Positions 31,866 to 32,000 of a DNA stretch of 32,000 bases are shown here, in pieces. Source of the DNA: Candidatus Electrothrix sp. GW3-4 (GTDB lineage: Bacteria > Desulfobacterota > Desulfobulbia > Desulfobulbales > Desulfobulbaceae); contig NZ_CP147990.1 in the NCBI RefSeq assembly GCF_037902255.1, forward strand, positions 1,020,001 to 1,052,000, in the 5' to 3' direction. Numbering within the stretch: position 1 is the first letter of the stretch; every line of letters starts with the position of its first letter. The notes beneath the pieces are model-generated. The model worked only from the letters and a program-made list of their open reading frames with translations. It ran no database searches and had not been told where the DNA came from. The position numbers and the translations under genes were made by a program.

Positions 31866-32000
31866 TTAGTTGGCAGTTATGTCAAGGGTATCTGCATGAA
31901 GTTTTTGGTAATCCTCTAGTGATTGAGACAGGAAACCACGTTCCACCTTTCCTCTACCTATGTAAAATACTTTTGATTCTGCTGGGAAGTAAGTCTCTTT
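31866..32000 (-). CDS. Hypothetical protein, C-terminal 44 codons; the ORF enters from the right edge
   Basis: The frame is open from 32000 to the TAA at 31868-31866: KETYFPAESKVFYIGRGKVERGFLSQSLEDYQKLHADTLDITAN. It is too short to assign. Confidence 0.3.
   Translation of the reverse strand, partial: KETYFPAESKVFYIGRGKVERGFLSQSLEDYQKLHADTLDITAN

Noticed and set aside
1-32000. A search of the whole window for CRISPR arrays, tRNA/tmRNA/rRNA genes, IS elements with terminal inverted repeats, and integrases.
   Set aside because: I found no regularly spaced direct repeats, no T-loop (GGTTCGAATCC-like) signatures in the intergenic regions, and no transposase- or integrase-like ORFs. The scan was by eye only; tRNAscan-SE, Infernal and ISEScan would be decisive.

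Overview
This is a 32-kb chromosomal window with about 30 protein genes on both strands. I found no rRNA, tRNA, CRISPR array or intact IS element. The gene content (DUF3365-type heme sensor kinases, HDFNN-type H-box kinases, an FmdE-domain protein, PPK2) suggests a Desulfobacterota, Desulfobulbales-like genome; that is inference only.

Layout, left to right:
- 1-1400: a visibly AT-richer patch with a truncated ORF, a bacterial PH-domain gene and a GC-richer gene remnant.
- 1463-3400: an orphan P-loop NTPase.
- 3.4-12.5 kb, the most interesting block: a compact corrinoid methyl-transfer cassette (URO-D/MtaA-like, B12-binding protein, URO-D/MtaA-like). It is followed directly by a soluble DUF1638-like/GAF histidine kinase, which is translationally coupled to a REC-PAS-kinase. 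A DUF3365 (CxxCH) hybrid kinase lies convergent to these. The window contains no known MT1 family, no reductive activase and no DNA-binding output regulator for this block.
- 12.7-15.2 kb: an M48 (Ste24-like) membrane peptidase coupled by an ATGA overlap to a SprT-like/DUF2786 protein.
- 15.4-19.8 kb: ppk2 (with a PASK-like N-terminal extension), cmoA, a tandem BCCP-like biotinyl-domain protein with an HTH-less birA, and elbB.
- 19.8-22.7 kb: a NarX/NarL-type two-component pair followed by an FmdE-domain protein.
- 23.4-25.2 kb: a cold-shock style unit of a decayed RRM RNA-binding gene, a DEAD-box helicase and csp.
- 25.8-28.3 kb: a Methyltransf_16-like methyltransferase and pnuC-nadR (the NadR lacks an HTH).
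- 28.6-32.0 kb: a 59-aa gene missed by the ORF track, a DUF4197 protein, a class II aldolase, and a HepT/MntA toxin-antitoxin pair.

All family assignments come from reading motifs by eye. No database search was run.
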